64,000 nucleotides of DNA from Candidatus Nanopelagicales bacterium (GTDB lineage Bacteria; Actinomycetota; Actinomycetes; S36-B12), in assembly GCA_044240195.1 (NCBI GenBank), contig JBIHZX010000001.1:117-64116 (forward strand), in the 5' to 3' direction. A model generated the notes under the pieces. That model was not told the origin of the DNA, did no database searches, and saw nothing but the letters and a program-made list of their open reading frames with translations. A program made the translations under genes and the position numbers. Below, piece after piece: positions 47,385 through 58,762 of this stretch (position 1 is its first letter; each line of letters starts with the position of its first letter).

Positions 47385-48223
47385 CTTTCGCGTCTTCGCA
47401 AGTAGCGTTCAAATTCTTTAGCGATCGCATCCCCTGACGCCTCGGGTAGTTCCGTGGTGTCTTGATCTTCCTCAAGTTGCGCAACGTAGTCCGCAATATC
47501 CTCGTCTTCCTGAGCGAGTTCATTAACCCCTGCCTCCCAGGCGCGAGCATCTTCGGTCAGTTCGCCCAGGGGGATCGGCAGGTCAAGTAAGTCTTCGATT
47601 TTTGCAACCAAAGCCAAAGTTGCCTTAGGACACGGTGACTGACCCACATAGTGGGGAACTGACGCCCATAGGGACAAGCTAGGGATTCCAAACTGATCAC
47701 AGGCTGCTGCCAATGCTCCGACAATTCCGGTCGGGCCCTCGTATGTTGATTTCGAGACATCAAGCTCACTGATGAGTTGCGGGTCACTAGATGTTGCGGT
47801 GACAGGAACCGGCCTGGTGTGCGGGTTGTCTGACAGGAGCGCGCCCAAGGTTAAAACAAGTCCTGCATCAAGCTCAGCAGCAAGTGAGAGAATCTCTCTG
47901 ATGAACTGCGGCCATTTCATGTTGGGTTCAATTCCGGACACCAAAATCACATCACGTTTAAGCTCAGGTACATGGGCGGTGTATACGCGGGTCGCCGGCC
48001 ACATAATCCCTCGATCTCCGGAGTCACTCACGTACGTATGCGGCCGATTAACTTGATAGTCGTAATATTCTTCAGGATCGAGTTCGAGAAGCAACTCTGC
48101 CTTCCACGTTTCACGTAGGTGGGCAATGACTCCGGATGCGCTCTCTGCGGCGTCATTCCATCCCTCGAAAGCGCATAACAAAATTGGGTTATTCAGCACA
48201 GGAAGGTCGTCGTATTCGATCAT
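47381..48223 (-). CDS. PAC2-family (proteasome assembly chaperone-like) protein
   Basis: N-terminus ...PILLCAFEGWNDAAESAS... is typical of actinobacterial PAC2 proteins. Acidic C-terminal tail. Confidence 0.7.
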   Translation of the reverse strand: MIEYDDLPVLNNPILLCAFEGWNDAAESASGVIAHLRETWKAELLLELDPEEYYDYQVNRPHTYVSDSGDRGIMWPATRVYTAHVPELKRDVILVSGIEPNMKWPQFIREILSLAAELDAGLVLTLGALLSDNPHTRPVPVTATSSDPQLISELDVSKSTYEGPTGIVGALAAACDQFGIPSLSLWASVPHYVGQSPCPKATLALVAKIEDLLDLPIPLGELTEDARAWEAGVNELAQEDEDIADYVAQLEEDQDTTELPEASGDAIAKEFERYLRRRES

Positions 48224-49170
48224 GCCAATCCACTCTTCCCGCTGTAATCCGAGATTGATATCGGTGGTAATTGAGAACTAGAAACTGCGTGTGAGATCAA
48301 TTGCGAGACCTGATGGGGCCAGTACAGAGGAACGTCATGCACTGCACCGTACCAATGCTGCAGCGCAATGTTCAATTTTTTACGAACTTTTCTATCAACC
48401 TGGCTTCTCGCCCTCGCCCATCCGTGAATTGAACCGGTCTCGCTTGGGGTAAAGGGACCCCTTGCCATCAGGATCCAGGCCGGGACCGTGAGTGACTCCA
48501 AGTCGACATCGGGGTTGTAGTCAAGAAAAGCCTCGAGAACGGCCATATGGCGGTCAAAGCCGATAGTTGTCACCCATCCGCCTCGTGGCGCTGACACGTA
48601 TGCCCTCCCGATAGCGGACATGACCGAGCGTTGCTGGTCTGCCAACAAGATGCCGTGCGCCAGAAGATAGTGATCCTTTAACTCGTCCTCGGTGAACGGA
48701 CCCAAGGGTGGTGTCAGCGCCGCTATCAAGTCGTTGCGAGTGAATGATCCATCTTCAAGAATGTTTGCAGGAGTGAAGGCCCCGCCGTCGATGAGAACAC
48801 AGCTATCGACGCGAAATGGGTGCACCGCTCCCTGCGCGGCAATGTTGAGGGCAACAGAGGCGCCCCACGAGTGGCCGACAACACACACGCTGTTGAATGC
48901 CATTTCGCCCATGAGATCAATGCAGTCGTGAGCCACCTGCGCGATTCGATAATCCGGTGGCATATTTCTGGACTCGCCGTGGCCACGTAGATCTATGGAC
49001 ACGGTGCTGTATCGGCTCCCTAGTGCATCAACTACGGGGAGCCAAAAATCAGATTGTTGGGAAAGTCCGTGCAAGAGAATAATTGTGGGCAGGGAAGGAT
49101 CACTTCCCTGCGCGTAGCGAAACGCTAACCCAGAGGTGCTCACAGCAGGTGGCGCGCTCGGATAATTCAC
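48220..49170 (-). CDS. alpha/beta hydrolase
   Basis: HGLSQQ oxyanion region and nucleophile elbow VGHSWGA. 316 aa. Confidence 0.8.
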   Translation of the reverse strand: MNYPSAPPAVSTSGLAFRYAQGSDPSLPTIILLHGLSQQSDFWLPVVDALGSRYSTVSIDLRGHGESRNMPPDYRIAQVAHDCIDLMGEMAFNSVCVVGHSWGASVALNIAAQGAVHPFRVDSCVLIDGGAFTPANILEDGSFTRNDLIAALTPPLGPFTEDELKDHYLLAHGILLADQQRSVMSAIGRAYVSAPRGGWVTTIGFDRHMAVLEAFLDYNPDVDLESLTVPAWILMARGPFTPSETGSIHGWARARSQVDRKVRKKLNIALQHWYGAVHDVPLYWPHQVSQLISHAVSSSQLPPISISDYSGKSGLA

Positions 49171-49197
49171 CTACCTACTCTTCCATTAGGGTTATGT

Positions 49198-49857
49198 GTG
49201 ACTAAACCCAAGGCTCTCTTGCTCGATCTTGATGGCACATTGTTGGAATCTGAGAGACTTTGGCTGATGGCGGAGCGGCGGGTAATGGACCAATATGGCT
49301 ACTCGTGGACTACCGCAGATCAGACACACTGTCTGGGTGGACCTTTAGAGCGAGTTGCCACCTACATGGAAGAAAAAGCCAATGGTGCAGCAAATTCGGC
49401 TGTCATCGAAGCTCAACTCTTGAGTGCGGTTGCCCAACTTTTCGTATCCGAGGAAGTCGAATGGCGGCCAGGAGCCCAAGCCCTCGTGGAACAGGCACAT
49501 CAGCTTCGCATTCCAACCGTCATTGTGACGGCTACTTGGCGATCGGTTCTAGATTCGGTGATGGCGCGCATGACTGCGAGTGTGGGCAATTTTACCCATT
49601 CAATTGCAGGTGATGAAGTTCAGAACTCGAAACCGCACCCAGAGCCTTATCTGCGTGCTGCGATCAGTGTTGGTGTTCCCATCGCGGAATGTTTAGCGAT
49701 TGAGGATTCCCCTACCGGGACGTTGTCAGCTGTGATTGCCGGTGCCAAAGTAATTGCAGTTGAGCACCTGGCAACTATCGATGTAGAAGGTGTCGTGATT
49801 GTGAAAACCCTTGTTGGTCAAGACGTAGAATCACTATGGAAGCTCGTTAGCGACTGA
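49198..49857 (+). CDS. HAD-family hydrolase
   Basis: Motif I LLDLDGTL, motif III/IV K...EDS. 219 aa. Confidence 0.8.
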   Translation: MTKPKALLLDLDGTLLESERLWLMAERRVMDQYGYSWTTADQTHCLGGPLERVATYMEEKANGAANSAVIEAQLLSAVAQLFVSEEVEWRPGAQALVEQAHQLRIPTVIVTATWRSVLDSVMARMTASVGNFTHSIAGDEVQNSKPHPEPYLRAAISVGVPIAECLAIEDSPTGTLSAVIAGAKVIAVEHLATIDVEGVVIVKTLVGQDVESLWKLVSD

Positions 49858-50697
49858 CTCCAGTGCGGCCTTAAGGGATTCTTCAACGAGGGAACTCCCC
49901 GAGGTCCATAGGCTCTGTTCGGGAATCGGTGGGGGAGTGCCACCAAATGCGGGGCAGATCGGTTTAAACGAGCACCAACCGCACAGTTTCGAGGGGGTTG
50001 GCGGAAAGGATTGCTGATCTGCACTGTGCGCGATAGCGCTTCGCAGGGCTAAAATCTTCTTCTCGGTAACGAGTAGGTCATTCTGAGTCGGCTCATATCT
50101 AAGAAACTGACCGTTACCCAAATACATGAGTTGCAACATACGTGGAATCTCGCCATTTATCCGCCACCAAGCTAAGCCATAGAAGCGCATCTGGAACATG
50201 GCTTTCTCCGCGTACAAAGGAGACGGCGCTTTCCCACTTTTGTAATCGACAATTCGAATATCACCGGATGGTGTCCGATCAACCCGATCAATGAAGCCTC
50301 GAATTTCGAAACCTTCGTCAAGTTCGACACTCATGGCGAGTTCCCGAGCATATGGTTCAAGACGATTGGGATCTTCCATCGCAAAATACGTCTCCAACAG
50401 GGGCCGAATCGGTGCCAACGTTTTTTCAACGGTTTCACCGTGAATCAGTTCGGCTTCTGCGGGTGCGGTCTCCGCAAGTGCGTCAAGGGCCGATGTAAAC
50501 AGTGAAATGGCAAGTTCATAGGTGCGTCGTCCGGCCGGGGCATCGAAAATATTCTCCAAAACCGAATGGACCAGCGTTCCTCGCACCGCTGCTATCGAGG
50601 GTTCCTCGGGCAACTGATCAATCGTCTTGAACCGGTAGAGAAGTGGACATTGTTGGTAATCTGCGCTTCGCGAGGGTGAGAGAGATGTCGGAAACAC
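49834..50697 (-). CDS. RecB-family (PD-(D/E)XK) exonuclease with Cas4/AddB-like Cys cluster
   Basis: N-terminal ...YQQCPLLYRF... plus C-terminal CGWCSFKPIC (C-x2-C-x5-C) form a four-Cys pattern. Nuclease core ...GFIDRVD...IVDYKSGK.... Confidence 0.75.
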   Translation of the reverse strand: MFPTSLSPSRSADYQQCPLLYRFKTIDQLPEEPSIAAVRGTLVHSVLENIFDAPAGRRTYELAISLFTSALDALAETAPAEAELIHGETVEKTLAPIRPLLETYFAMEDPNRLEPYARELAMSVELDEGFEIRGFIDRVDRTPSGDIRIVDYKSGKAPSPLYAEKAMFQMRFYGLAWWRINGEIPRMLQLMYLGNGQFLRYEPTQNDLLVTEKKILALRSAIAHSADQQSFPPTPSKLCGWCSFKPICPAFGGTPPPIPEQSLWTSGSSLVEESLKAALESVANELP

Positions 50698-50790
50698 GTT
50701 ACGAGCCTAGTTGCCGAACTCACCCGTATACCTGAACCAGGCATACGACGCGGTCCGCGATCAAATGCCTCCCGCCGATAAAGTCCGCAT

Positions 50791-51753
50791 ATGCCCAAAC
50801 GCCCAGTTCACCCGCCAGCGCCACGCGAGCGGGTAAGTGTGGGAGCCCGACCCAGGGGCCCACTCAGTTCGGGTGATCTCGTGCAACTTATTGACGCAAA
50901 AGGGAATAAATACACAATTACGTTAGCCGAGGGGCTTATTTTTCATAGCCACCGTGGTCAGCTTGCCCACGACGACATGATTGGAAATAGCGAAGGAATC
51001 ATCATCAATAGCGATCGGGCTATCGCGTATCAAGTATTGCGCCCGGCATTAGATGACTACGTACTGTCGATGCCCAGAGGAGCTACCGTTGTCTATCCAA
51101 AAGATGCGGCGCGAATTGTTGGTTTGGCTGATATCGGTGAAGGTTCGCACATCCTGGAGGCTGGAGTGGGTTCCGGTGCTTTGACCTGTTCCTTGCTACG
51201 CAGCGCAGGGATTACTGGATCGGTCATCAGTCTCGAACGTCGGGAGGATTTTGCTGAAATTGCGACGGAGAATGTGTGTCGCTGGTTTGGGGGTTTTCCC
51301 GCATCATGGTCACTGAAAATTGCCGACCTCGTGGACTTTGAACCAGATTTTCGCAAATATGACTCCGTCGTTTTGGACATGTTGGCACCCTGGGAATGTC
51401 TCGGGGTCGTGGAACGCGCACTACGGCCTGGTGGGGCCCTCGTGGCCTATGTTGCTACGACAACGCAATTGTCTCGGCTTGTGGAAACAATCAGGGTTCG
51501 CAATGTATGGACGGAGCCGCGCGCAGAGGAGAGTTTGCTCCGAACGTGGCATCTGGATGGCCTCTCGGTGCGCCCCGACCACAAAATGAATGGACACACA
51601 GGGTTTCTCGTTGCTGCCAGATTGATGAACGGCCCGGCACTTGATCGAAAGCGGCGCCCAGCGCCAGGGGCTTACGGGGTGGACTACCACGGGCCAGGGG
51701 GAGAAAATAGTTTTGAGGAATCTATGCCTGCTTCAGTCGCTGAAACCGACTAA
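50791..51753 (+). CDS. trmI: tRNA (adenine(58)-N1)-methyltransferase
   Basis: ...GATVVYPKDAARIV... and SAM motif ILEAGVGSGALT. In the conserved position upstream of arc. Confidence 0.85.
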   Translation: MPKRPVHPPAPRERVSVGARPRGPLSSGDLVQLIDAKGNKYTITLAEGLIFHSHRGQLAHDDMIGNSEGIIINSDRAIAYQVLRPALDDYVLSMPRGATVVYPKDAARIVGLADIGEGSHILEAGVGSGALTCSLLRSAGITGSVISLERREDFAEIATENVCRWFGGFPASWSLKIADLVDFEPDFRKYDSVVLDMLAPWECLGVVERALRPGGALVAYVATTTQLSRLVETIRVRNVWTEPRAEESLLRTWHLDGLSVRPDHKMNGHTGFLVAARLMNGPALDRKRRPAPGAYGVDYHGPGGENSFEESMPASVAETD

Positions 51754-51809
51754 TCGGGTTATGGTGTTGTTGGTACAAAACGAGTGAACCTTAAAGGGAT
51801 GGTGACCAC

Positions 51810-53435
51810 ATGGAGCAGAACTCCAATCTGACTCAGATACAGGGTGAGCTGGCTGCCGCGCGGGATCATAATGAGCGTCTCATCTCGACTTTGCGCGATG
51901 CACGTGAGCAAATCGTGTCGTTGAAAACGGAAGTGGATCGATTAGGTCAGCCCCCAAGTGGTTTTGCCACAATTTTGGTAGCACACGATGATGCCACCGC
52001 GGACATCATGGCCTCGGGGAAAAAGTTGCGGGTGGGAGTGAGTCCGACCATTGATATAGCTGACTTGGTGCTTGGGCGTGAAGTTCTCCTCAATGAATCG
52101 ATGAATATTGTCAGTATCCGTGAATACGACGAAACCGGTGAAATAGTCGTTCTGAAAGAACGCATTGATGGCAATCGCGCTTTGGTGGTTGCCCACTCTG
52201 ACGAAGAGCGGGTGATCAAACTCGGGCAGCCACTGATTGATCAAAAGCTTCGTGCCGGTGACACACTCTTGTGTGACATGCGTAACGGAGTCGCCGTCGA
52301 GAAAATTGCCCGTGCAGAGGTTGAGCAACTCGTTCTCGAGGAAGTGCCCGACATTCATTACGAGGATATTGGCGGGCTAGGCGAGCAAATTGAAGCCATC
52401 CGGGACGCGGTTGAGTTGCCGTATTTACATGCCGACTTGTATCTCGAGCATAAGCTCAGACCACCAAAAGGGATTTTGCTTTATGGTCCTCCAGGGTGCG
52501 GGAAAACCCTGATTGCCAAGGCGGTAGCGAATTCATTGGCCCAAAAAGTTGCCGAGAAGACGGGAATGGGGGAGGGACGCTCCTATTTCCTGAATATTAA
52601 GGGCCCAGAACTGCTGAATAAATATGTTGGTGAAACTGAGCGCCATATCCGTCTCGTGTTTCAACGCGCTCGAGAAAAGGCCTCTGAAGGCATGCCCGTC
52701 ATTGTGTTCTTCGACGAAATGGATTCGCTGTTTCGAACACGCGGCACCGGGGTGAGCAGCGATGTTGAAAATACCATAGTTCCCCAACTACTTAGTGAAA
52801 TTGACGGAGTTGAAAGTTTGGAGAACGTCATTGTTATCGGTGCAAGTAACCGTGAAGACATGATTGATCCGGCGATTTTGCGACCTGGTCGACTTGATGT
52901 GAAGATCAAGATTCAAAGGCCTGATGCGCAGGCTGCTGCTGCCATTTTCTCCAAATACCTCACATCAGATCTACCCCTTCATGAGGAAGATCTGGCAGAG
53001 CACTCCGGTGATCGCGACGCCACAGCCGCCGACATGATTTCTCGGGCGGTCGAGCGTATGTACACCGACATGGACGAGAACCGCTTCCTGGAAGTCACAT
53101 ATGCCAATGGCGACAAAGAGGTGCTGTACTTCAAGGACTTCAATTCTGGTGCCATGATTGAAAACATCGTTTCTCGGGCTAAAAAATCTGCAATAAAAGA
53201 CTTCCTGACATCCGGTCAGCGAGGAATTCGTGTTCAGCACCTTCTTGATGCTTGTATTGATGAGTTCCGTGAGAATGAAGATTTACCGAATACGACAAAT
53301 CCCGACGATTGGGCACGCATTTCCGGTAAAAAGGGAGAAAGAATTGTCTTTATCCGCACCCTGATCGAAGGGAAAAAAGGCACCGAGCCCGGTCGCTCAA
53401 TCAGCACGTTGTCCAATACCGGGCAGTATCTTTAA
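51810..53435 (+). CDS. arc: proteasome ATPase (AAA ATPase forming ring-shaped complexes)
   Basis: N-terminal coiled coil, Walker A GPPGCGKT, Walker [10 protein letters not shown], and the C-terminal proteasome-docking GQYL. Confidence 0.95.
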   Translation: MEQNSNLTQIQGELAAARDHNERLISTLRDAREQIVSLKTEVDRLGQPPSGFATILVAHDDATADIMASGKKLRVGVSPTIDIADLVLGREVLLNESMNIVSIREYDETGEIVVLKERIDGNRALVVAHSDEERVIKLGQPLIDQKLRAGDTLLCDMRNGVAVEKIARAEVEQLVLEEVPDIHYEDIGGLGEQIEAIRDAVELPYLHADLYLEHKLRPPKGILLYGPPGCGKTLIAKAVANSLAQKVAEKTGMGEGRSYFLNIKGPELLNKYVGETERHIRLVFQRAREKASEGMPVIVFFDEMDSLFRTRGTGVSSDVENTIVPQLLSEIDGVESLENVIVIGASNREDMIDPAILRPGRLDVKIKIQRPDAQAAAAIFSKYLTSDLPLHEEDLAEHSGDRDATAADMISRAVERMYTDMDENRFLEVTYANGDKEVLYFKDFNSGAMIENIVSRAKKSAIKDFLTSGQRGIRVQHLLDACIDEFRENEDLPNTTNPDDWARISGKKGERIVFIRTLIEGKKGTEPGRSISTLSNTGQYL

Positions 53436-53509
53436 ACCTTTAAACCTGTAGTTGTTTTTGGGTATCCATTATCCGCAGGGCGTTGAGAATTAGGGAATTT
53501 AAGGTAGTC

Positions 53510-55033
53510 ATGAGTGTAAATCGGATAATGGGAATCGAAACCGAGTACGGGATAACCGTTCCCGGCCACCCAACCATGAATGCCATGGTGACTAGTTCAC
53601 ATATTGTGAGCGCATACGCACGCCTAAGCGGGCTAGATCAAGGATTACATGCGCGTTGGGATTATGACCGCGAGTCACCATTACGCGATGCCCGCGGCTT
53701 TGATCAGAGTCGTGCCGACGCTGACCCTAGTCAGTTGACCGATGACATGGAGCTTGGACTGGAAAACATAATCCTGACAAACGGCGCTCGGCTGTACGTG
53801 GATCATGCACACCCGGAGTATTCAAGCCCTGAGGTGACGAATCCGCGTGATGCAGCGCTTTGGGACAAAGCAGGTGAAGTGATCATGCATCAAGCAGCAC
53901 TTTTCGCTCCAAAGTTTGACGGTGTGCAAATCAAATTGTACAAAAACAACGTTGACAATAAAGGCGCCTCATATGGCACACACGAGAATTACTTAATGGC
54001 TCGTCAGACACCATTTACAAATATCGTTCGGCTGTTAACACCGTTTTTTGTAACAAGACAAATATATACCGGTGCTGGTCGACTTGGTCGTGGTCAGGAA
54101 GGAACGGTAAAGGAATTTCAAATTTCCCAGCGAGCAGATTATTTTGAGGCCGAAGTTGGTCTAGAAACGACATTAAAACGTCCCATTATTAACACCCGGG
54201 ATGAACCGCATGCAGATCCCGAAAAATATCGTCGTCTCCATGTCATCGTGGGAGATGCCAACATGTCAGAAAAAGCCACGATGCTCAAAATGGGCACTAC
54301 TTCGCTCATCTTGGCCCTAATAGAGTCCGGCTTCGAGGATTTTGGCCGATTCGAATTGGCGAATCCGGTTGCAGCAATGTCCAAAGTTTCCTACGACACC
54401 TCGATGAAGAATGTTCTTGCGATGTCAGATGGGACGTCGATGACGGCAATAGAGATTCAACACGCCTACCTTGATGCTGTTCGTTCTCATTTATATGCAC
54501 ACACCGAGCCGGATGCACAGAGCGCCGATATTCTTGACTTGTGGCAACAGACCTTGGATTCTCTCAACGACATATCAGGTGAACATGCAGTAGCCGCTCG
54601 GTACATTGACTGGATTGCAAAGTTTCAGCTGATGCAGGGCTATCGTGACCGAGATTCCCTTGGCTGGGACAGTCCCCGCTTATCGCTGATTGATCTGCAG
54701 TACAGCGATATTGATCCGGGCCGCGGAATCGCCATCAAACTCATGAATAAGGGGGTCATCGATACCCTTTTTACGCACGATCAGGTCGAGCTTGCGGCTA
54801 CTGAAGCCCCACACGACACCCGGGCTTACTTCCGTGGCGAGTGTGTTCGGCGTTATCCACAAAATGTCGCTGCGGCCTCGTGGGACAGCATAGTTTTTGA
54901 TACGGGGGGAGACACTCTTCTTAGGATTCCTACCCTCGAGCCGCGAAAGGGCAACCGGGCATCAATTCAGGACCTTCTCGACCAAAATGTGAGTGCCGCG
55001 GACCTCCTCAATTCGTTGCGCTCCCACGACTAG
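53510..55033 (+). CDS. dop: Pup deamidase/depupylase
   Basis: MGIETEYG N-terminus, with PafA/Dop family similarity throughout. Located between arc and pup. ATG 53510 has an AAGG RBS. Confidence 0.9.
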   Translation: MSVNRIMGIETEYGITVPGHPTMNAMVTSSHIVSAYARLSGLDQGLHARWDYDRESPLRDARGFDQSRADADPSQLTDDMELGLENIILTNGARLYVDHAHPEYSSPEVTNPRDAALWDKAGEVIMHQAALFAPKFDGVQIKLYKNNVDNKGASYGTHENYLMARQTPFTNIVRLLTPFFVTRQIYTGAGRLGRGQEGTVKEFQISQRADYFEAEVGLETTLKRPIINTRDEPHADPEKYRRLHVIVGDANMSEKATMLKMGTTSLILALIESGFEDFGRFELANPVAAMSKVSYDTSMKNVLAMSDGTSMTAIEIQHAYLDAVRSHLYAHTEPDAQSADILDLWQQTLDSLNDISGEHAVAARYIDWIAKFQLMQGYRDRDSLGWDSPRLSLIDLQYSDIDPGRGIAIKLMNKGVIDTLFTHDQVELAATEAPHDTRAYFRGECVRRYPQNVAAASWDSIVFDTGGDTLLRIPTLEPRKGNRASIQDLLDQNVSAADLLNSLRSHD

Positions 55034-55049
55034 CAGTTAGGCTGAGCAC

Positions 55050-55250
55050 ATGCCCACCCATGACAGCAACCAAATAAAGCGTTCCCGTCGGGACGAAGAC
55101 CAGGTAGAGCAGGACAGCACGGTTACTTCGACGAGGAATAACGCTGAACTGGATAGTGACGTGGATTCACTCCTTGATGAGATCGATGAAATCTTAGAAG
55201 TCAACGCTGAGGATTTTGTGAAGTCGTTCGTTCAAAAAGGCGGCCAGTGA
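55050..55250 (+). CDS. pup: prokaryotic ubiquitin-like protein Pup
   Basis: 66 aa, acidic. The C-terminal ...FVQKGGQ (GGQ end) requires deamidation by Dop. Confidence 0.93.
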   Translation: MPTHDSNQIKRSRRDEDQVEQDSTVTSTRNNAELDSDVDSLLDEIDEILEVNAEDFVKSFVQKGGQ

Positions 55251-56053
55251 ACCCCGAATCTTCGTTTGCTGCGCACCTACAATCCCAAGGCAAGCTTCCC
55301 AACGCAATCTCGATGGGAACAACATCTGATCACCTTGCACCACATGGAACCACAATTGTTTCACTGCGTCACGCCGATGGCGTGCTCATGGCAGGTGACC
55401 GCAGAGCAACAATGGGAAATATCATCGCGCAACGCGATATCCAAAAAGTATTTCCAGCAGACACGTATTCCTTGATTGGCATTGCGGGTTCTGCAGGAAT
55501 TGCATTGGAGTTGGTGCGTCTTTTTCAGGTTGAACTTGAGCACTATGAAAAAATTGAGGGAACATCCTTATCGCTGAATGGTAAAGCCAATCGCCTTTCG
55601 AGCCTATTACGTTCCAATCTTGGACTAGCGATGCAAGGTTTGGCGGTTGTGCCGTTGTTTGCAGGATTTGATAGTAACTTAAATATTGGACGTATATTTT
55701 CCTACGATGTGACCGGTGGCCGCTATGAAGAGCATGATTTTTTTGCGGTTGGTTCTGGGTCGCAATTCGCCCGAGGAGCACTGAAGAAAATTAATGCACT
55801 TGATCAAAGCGAGGATGAAGCGATCGCTGCGGCAATCGAAGCACTCTTTGATGCGGCAGACGATGACAGCGCTACAGGTGGACCCGATATCAGTCGCGGG
55901 ATTTTTCCGGTGATTTATACCGCTGGTCCTTATGGCGTTCGAGAAATCGCTAACGATCGGATTGCGCAACTGTCACAGGCAATGCTTCTTCGTCGATCCG
56001 TAGAACCCAATGGTCCTCGTGCACATTTGACTAACGGCAAGGATCGCACATGA
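55247..56053 (+). CDS. prcB: proteasome subunit beta
   Basis: Propeptide followed by catalytic Thr (…APHG|TTIVSL). GTG overlaps the pup stop (GTGA). Confidence 0.92.
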   Translation: MNPESSFAAHLQSQGKLPNAISMGTTSDHLAPHGTTIVSLRHADGVLMAGDRRATMGNIIAQRDIQKVFPADTYSLIGIAGSAGIALELVRLFQVELEHYEKIEGTSLSLNGKANRLSSLLRSNLGLAMQGLAVVPLFAGFDSNLNIGRIFSYDVTGGRYEEHDFFAVGSGSQFARGALKKINALDQSEDEAIAAAIEALFDAADDDSATGGPDISRGIFPVIYTAGPYGVREIANDRIAQLSQAMLLRRSVEPNGPRAHLTNGKDRT

Positions 56054-56724
56054 GCATGCCGTATTACGTATCACCAGAACAAATAATCGCTGACAAAGCG
56101 GAGTTTGCCCGTAAGGGAATCGCGCGCGGTAGATCTGTGATTGTGGCCAGCGCCTCTGATGCCATTTATTTTATTGCGGATAATCCTTCACGAGCACTTC
56201 ATAAGATCGGGGAAATATACGACCGCATTGGTTTTGCGGCAGTCGGTCGATACAACGAGTTTGAGAATTTGCGGGTTGCCGGAGTTCGTCTCGCTGATAC
56301 CCGCGGTTACTCATACGACCGAGCTGACGTGACCGTTCGAACCATTGCAAACGCATACGCCCAAACGTTGGGGAGTATTTTTATTGAGGCTGCCAAACCA
56401 TTTGAAGTTGAAATTGCCGTCGCCCAAGTAGGTGACACCCCAGATCAAGATCAGTTGTATCGGATCTCATTTGATGGGTCAGTTCACGATCAAGCTGGAT
56501 TTATCAGCATGGGTGGGGACAGTGAGACTGTGGGCAATCACATGGAACAGAACTGGAAAATGGGCGCCAGCGGCCAGGACACGCTAAAGGCTGCCGTCAA
56601 TGCACTTTATCCAGGAGCCAAGCCAGATATCACCTCGTTGGAAGTTGCCATACTGAGTAGGAAAGGTGATGGACGCTGTTTTAGTCGGTGCTCCGCTGAA
56701 TTGATAACAGAGCTACTGGGCTAG
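56050..56724 (+). CDS. prcA: proteasome subunit alpha
   Basis: [24 protein letters not shown]-terminus. ATGA overlap with prcB. Confidence 0.92.
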   Translation: MSMPYYVSPEQIIADKAEFARKGIARGRSVIVASASDAIYFIADNPSRALHKIGEIYDRIGFAAVGRYNEFENLRVAGVRLADTRGYSYDRADVTVRTIANAYAQTLGSIFIEAAKPFEVEIAVAQVGDTPDQDQLYRISFDGSVHDQAGFISMGGDSETVGNHMEQNWKMGASGQDTLKAAVNALYPGAKPDITSLEVAILSRKGDGRCFSRCSAELITELLG

Positions 56725-56739
56725 GGAAGCGACCCCGCT

Positions 56740-58101
56740 ATGGAACGCCGAATATTTGGCATAGAAACGGAATACGGTGTCACCTGCACTTTCAAGGGTC
56801 AGCGACGCTTGAGTCCTGATGAAGTTGCTCGATATTTGTTTCGTCGCGTTGTGAGCTGGGGTCGCAGTAGCAATGTGTTTCTATCAAATGGAGCACGGCT
56901 CTATCTCGATGTTGGGTCACACCCTGAATACGCAACGGCAGAGTGTGATGACTTCATAGAATTATTGGCCCAGGATCGGGCTGGTGAACGAATACTCGAG
57001 GGTTTAAGTATTGAGGCGGAGGAACGGCTAGTCCAAGAGGGTATTTTCGGTGATGTATATCTCTTCAAGAACAATACGGATTCAGCAGGAAACTCATACG
57101 GATGCCACGAAAATTATCTCATCGATAGGTCCACTGATTTCGCACATCTTGCACAAATCTTTATCCCATTTCTCATTAGCAGACAAATTTTGGTCGGTGC
57201 GGGGAAAGTTGTGCAGACTCCACGCGGATCGACGTACGCTGTCAGTCAACGCGCCGACCATATTTGGGAGGGTGTTTCTAGCGCCACGACCCGTTCACGG
57301 CCAATCATTAACACACGAGATGAACCACATGCGGATGCAGACCTATATCGACGTCTTCACGTAATTGTTGGAGACAGCAACATGAGTGACACGACCAATC
57401 TCCTCAAAGTCGTTTCAGCGCATTTGGTGCTTTCAATGATTGAGTCGGGCGCGGTCATGCGTGACCTCAGTCTCGCAAATCCCATCCGAGCCATCAGGGA
57501 GATCAGCCACGACACCACCGGCACACGGACGGTTAAATTGGCCAATGGAAGAGAAATCTCAGCAATTGCGATGCAGAGTGAATATTTTCAAAAGGTTTCT
57601 GATTTTGTTTCCCGCCGTGGGATTGTAGATCCGGTTACGCAGCAGGCTATGGAACTGTGGGAAAGGTCGATTAAAGCTGTCGGTTCGGGCGATTTGCATC
57701 TCATCGATCGAGAAATTGATTGGGTGATCAAATTGCGTCTCATTGAGCGTTACATGCGTAAAAATAACATGACCCTGGAAGACGCGCGGATTGCACAACT
57801 GGACTTGGCCTACCACGATATTCGCCAAAATCGAGGGTTGTTTTATCTTCTGGAACGCGGTGGGGCTGTGGATTCCATCCTGACACCCGATCAGATTGAA
57901 ACAGCAAAGAATATCGCGCCGCAAACTACGCGTGCGAAGTTGCGAGGTGACTTTATTTCACGGGCGCAGGAGCGTCGCCGGGACTACACGGTCGATTGGG
58001 TACACCTCAAACTTAATGACCAAGGTCAGCGAACTGTCCTTCTCAAGGATCCTTTCCAGCACACCGACGAACGCGTTGATCGACTCATCGCCTCAATGTA
58101 G
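56740..58101 (+). CDS. pafA: Pup--protein ligase
   Basis: FGIETEYG N-terminus. 453 aa, a paralogue of Dop, located after prcA. Confidence 0.92.
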   Translation: MERRIFGIETEYGVTCTFKGQRRLSPDEVARYLFRRVVSWGRSSNVFLSNGARLYLDVGSHPEYATAECDDFIELLAQDRAGERILEGLSIEAEERLVQEGIFGDVYLFKNNTDSAGNSYGCHENYLIDRSTDFAHLAQIFIPFLISRQILVGAGKVVQTPRGSTYAVSQRADHIWEGVSSATTRSRPIINTRDEPHADADLYRRLHVIVGDSNMSDTTNLLKVVSAHLVLSMIESGAVMRDLSLANPIRAIREISHDTTGTRTVKLANGREISAIAMQSEYFQKVSDFVSRRGIVDPVTQQAMELWERSIKAVGSGDLHLIDREIDWVIKLRLIERYMRKNNMTLEDARIAQLDLAYHDIRQNRGLFYLLERGGAVDSILTPDQIETAKNIAPQTTRAKLRGDFISRAQERRRDYTVDWVHLKLNDQGQRTVLLKDPFQHTDERVDRLIASM

Positions 58102-58127
58102 GTCCGCCTGAGTTAAGCGGGTATTCT

Positions 58128-58724
58128 GTGCAAGTGAGAAAACACAGAGCCACCACAGCCACCACAGCCATCGCCCTGACCGCCCTCATCCTTGTGACCG
58201 GCTGCTCAAGCAGCCAGGATGGTGACCCTGAATTCACCGAAACAGGCGCCGCCTCCGGACCATATTCAGTGAATGATTGCGCGACTTTAGGCTCACCCAT
58301 TAGTTCAGAAACAGCACCCCCAGGGCTTGCCATTGACGGGCTGGTGATCGGCGGAGACGCGGTACCTACGATCAGCGTTGGCCCCGACTCAGTACCTGCC
58401 GTAGAACTTGTATCACAGCAACTCATCCCGGGCAGTGGCGCAAGCGTTGTCGTTGGGGACACCATTACCGTCAATTACTGCGGAGTCGGTCAAATTTCGG
58501 GTGCCCTTTTTGATTCCTCATGGGGGCGTGGTGAGCCAGCCACATTTGATCTTGTGCCGGGAGGCCTCATCGAAGGTTGGACTCAGGGCGTGCCAGGAAT
58601 GCAGGTCGGTGAACGTCGCCTGTTGCAGATCCCCGGTGATTTGGGATATGGCGCAAACCCACCCGGCGGCATTGAAGTTGATGAAACCCTTATTTTTGTC
58701 GTTGAACTTGTTTCCATCGGTTAA
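58128..58724 (+). CDS. FKBP-type peptidyl-prolyl isomerase, lipoprotein
   Basis: Lipobox LVTGC. FKBP domain ...FDSSWGRGEPATFDL...GWTQGVPGMQVGERRLLQIP..LGYG. Confidence 0.85.
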   Translation: MQVRKHRATTATTAIALTALILVTGCSSSQDGDPEFTETGAASGPYSVNDCATLGSPISSETAPPGLAIDGLVIGGDAVPTISVGPDSVPAVELVSQQLIPGSGASVVVGDTITVNYCGVGQISGALFDSSWGRGEPATFDLVPGGLIEGWTQGVPGMQVGERRLLQIPGDLGYGANPPGGIEVDETLIFVVELVSIG

Positions 58725-58762
58725 TCTCACAATTTTTCACTTATCAAGAAAGTTGGATTCAC

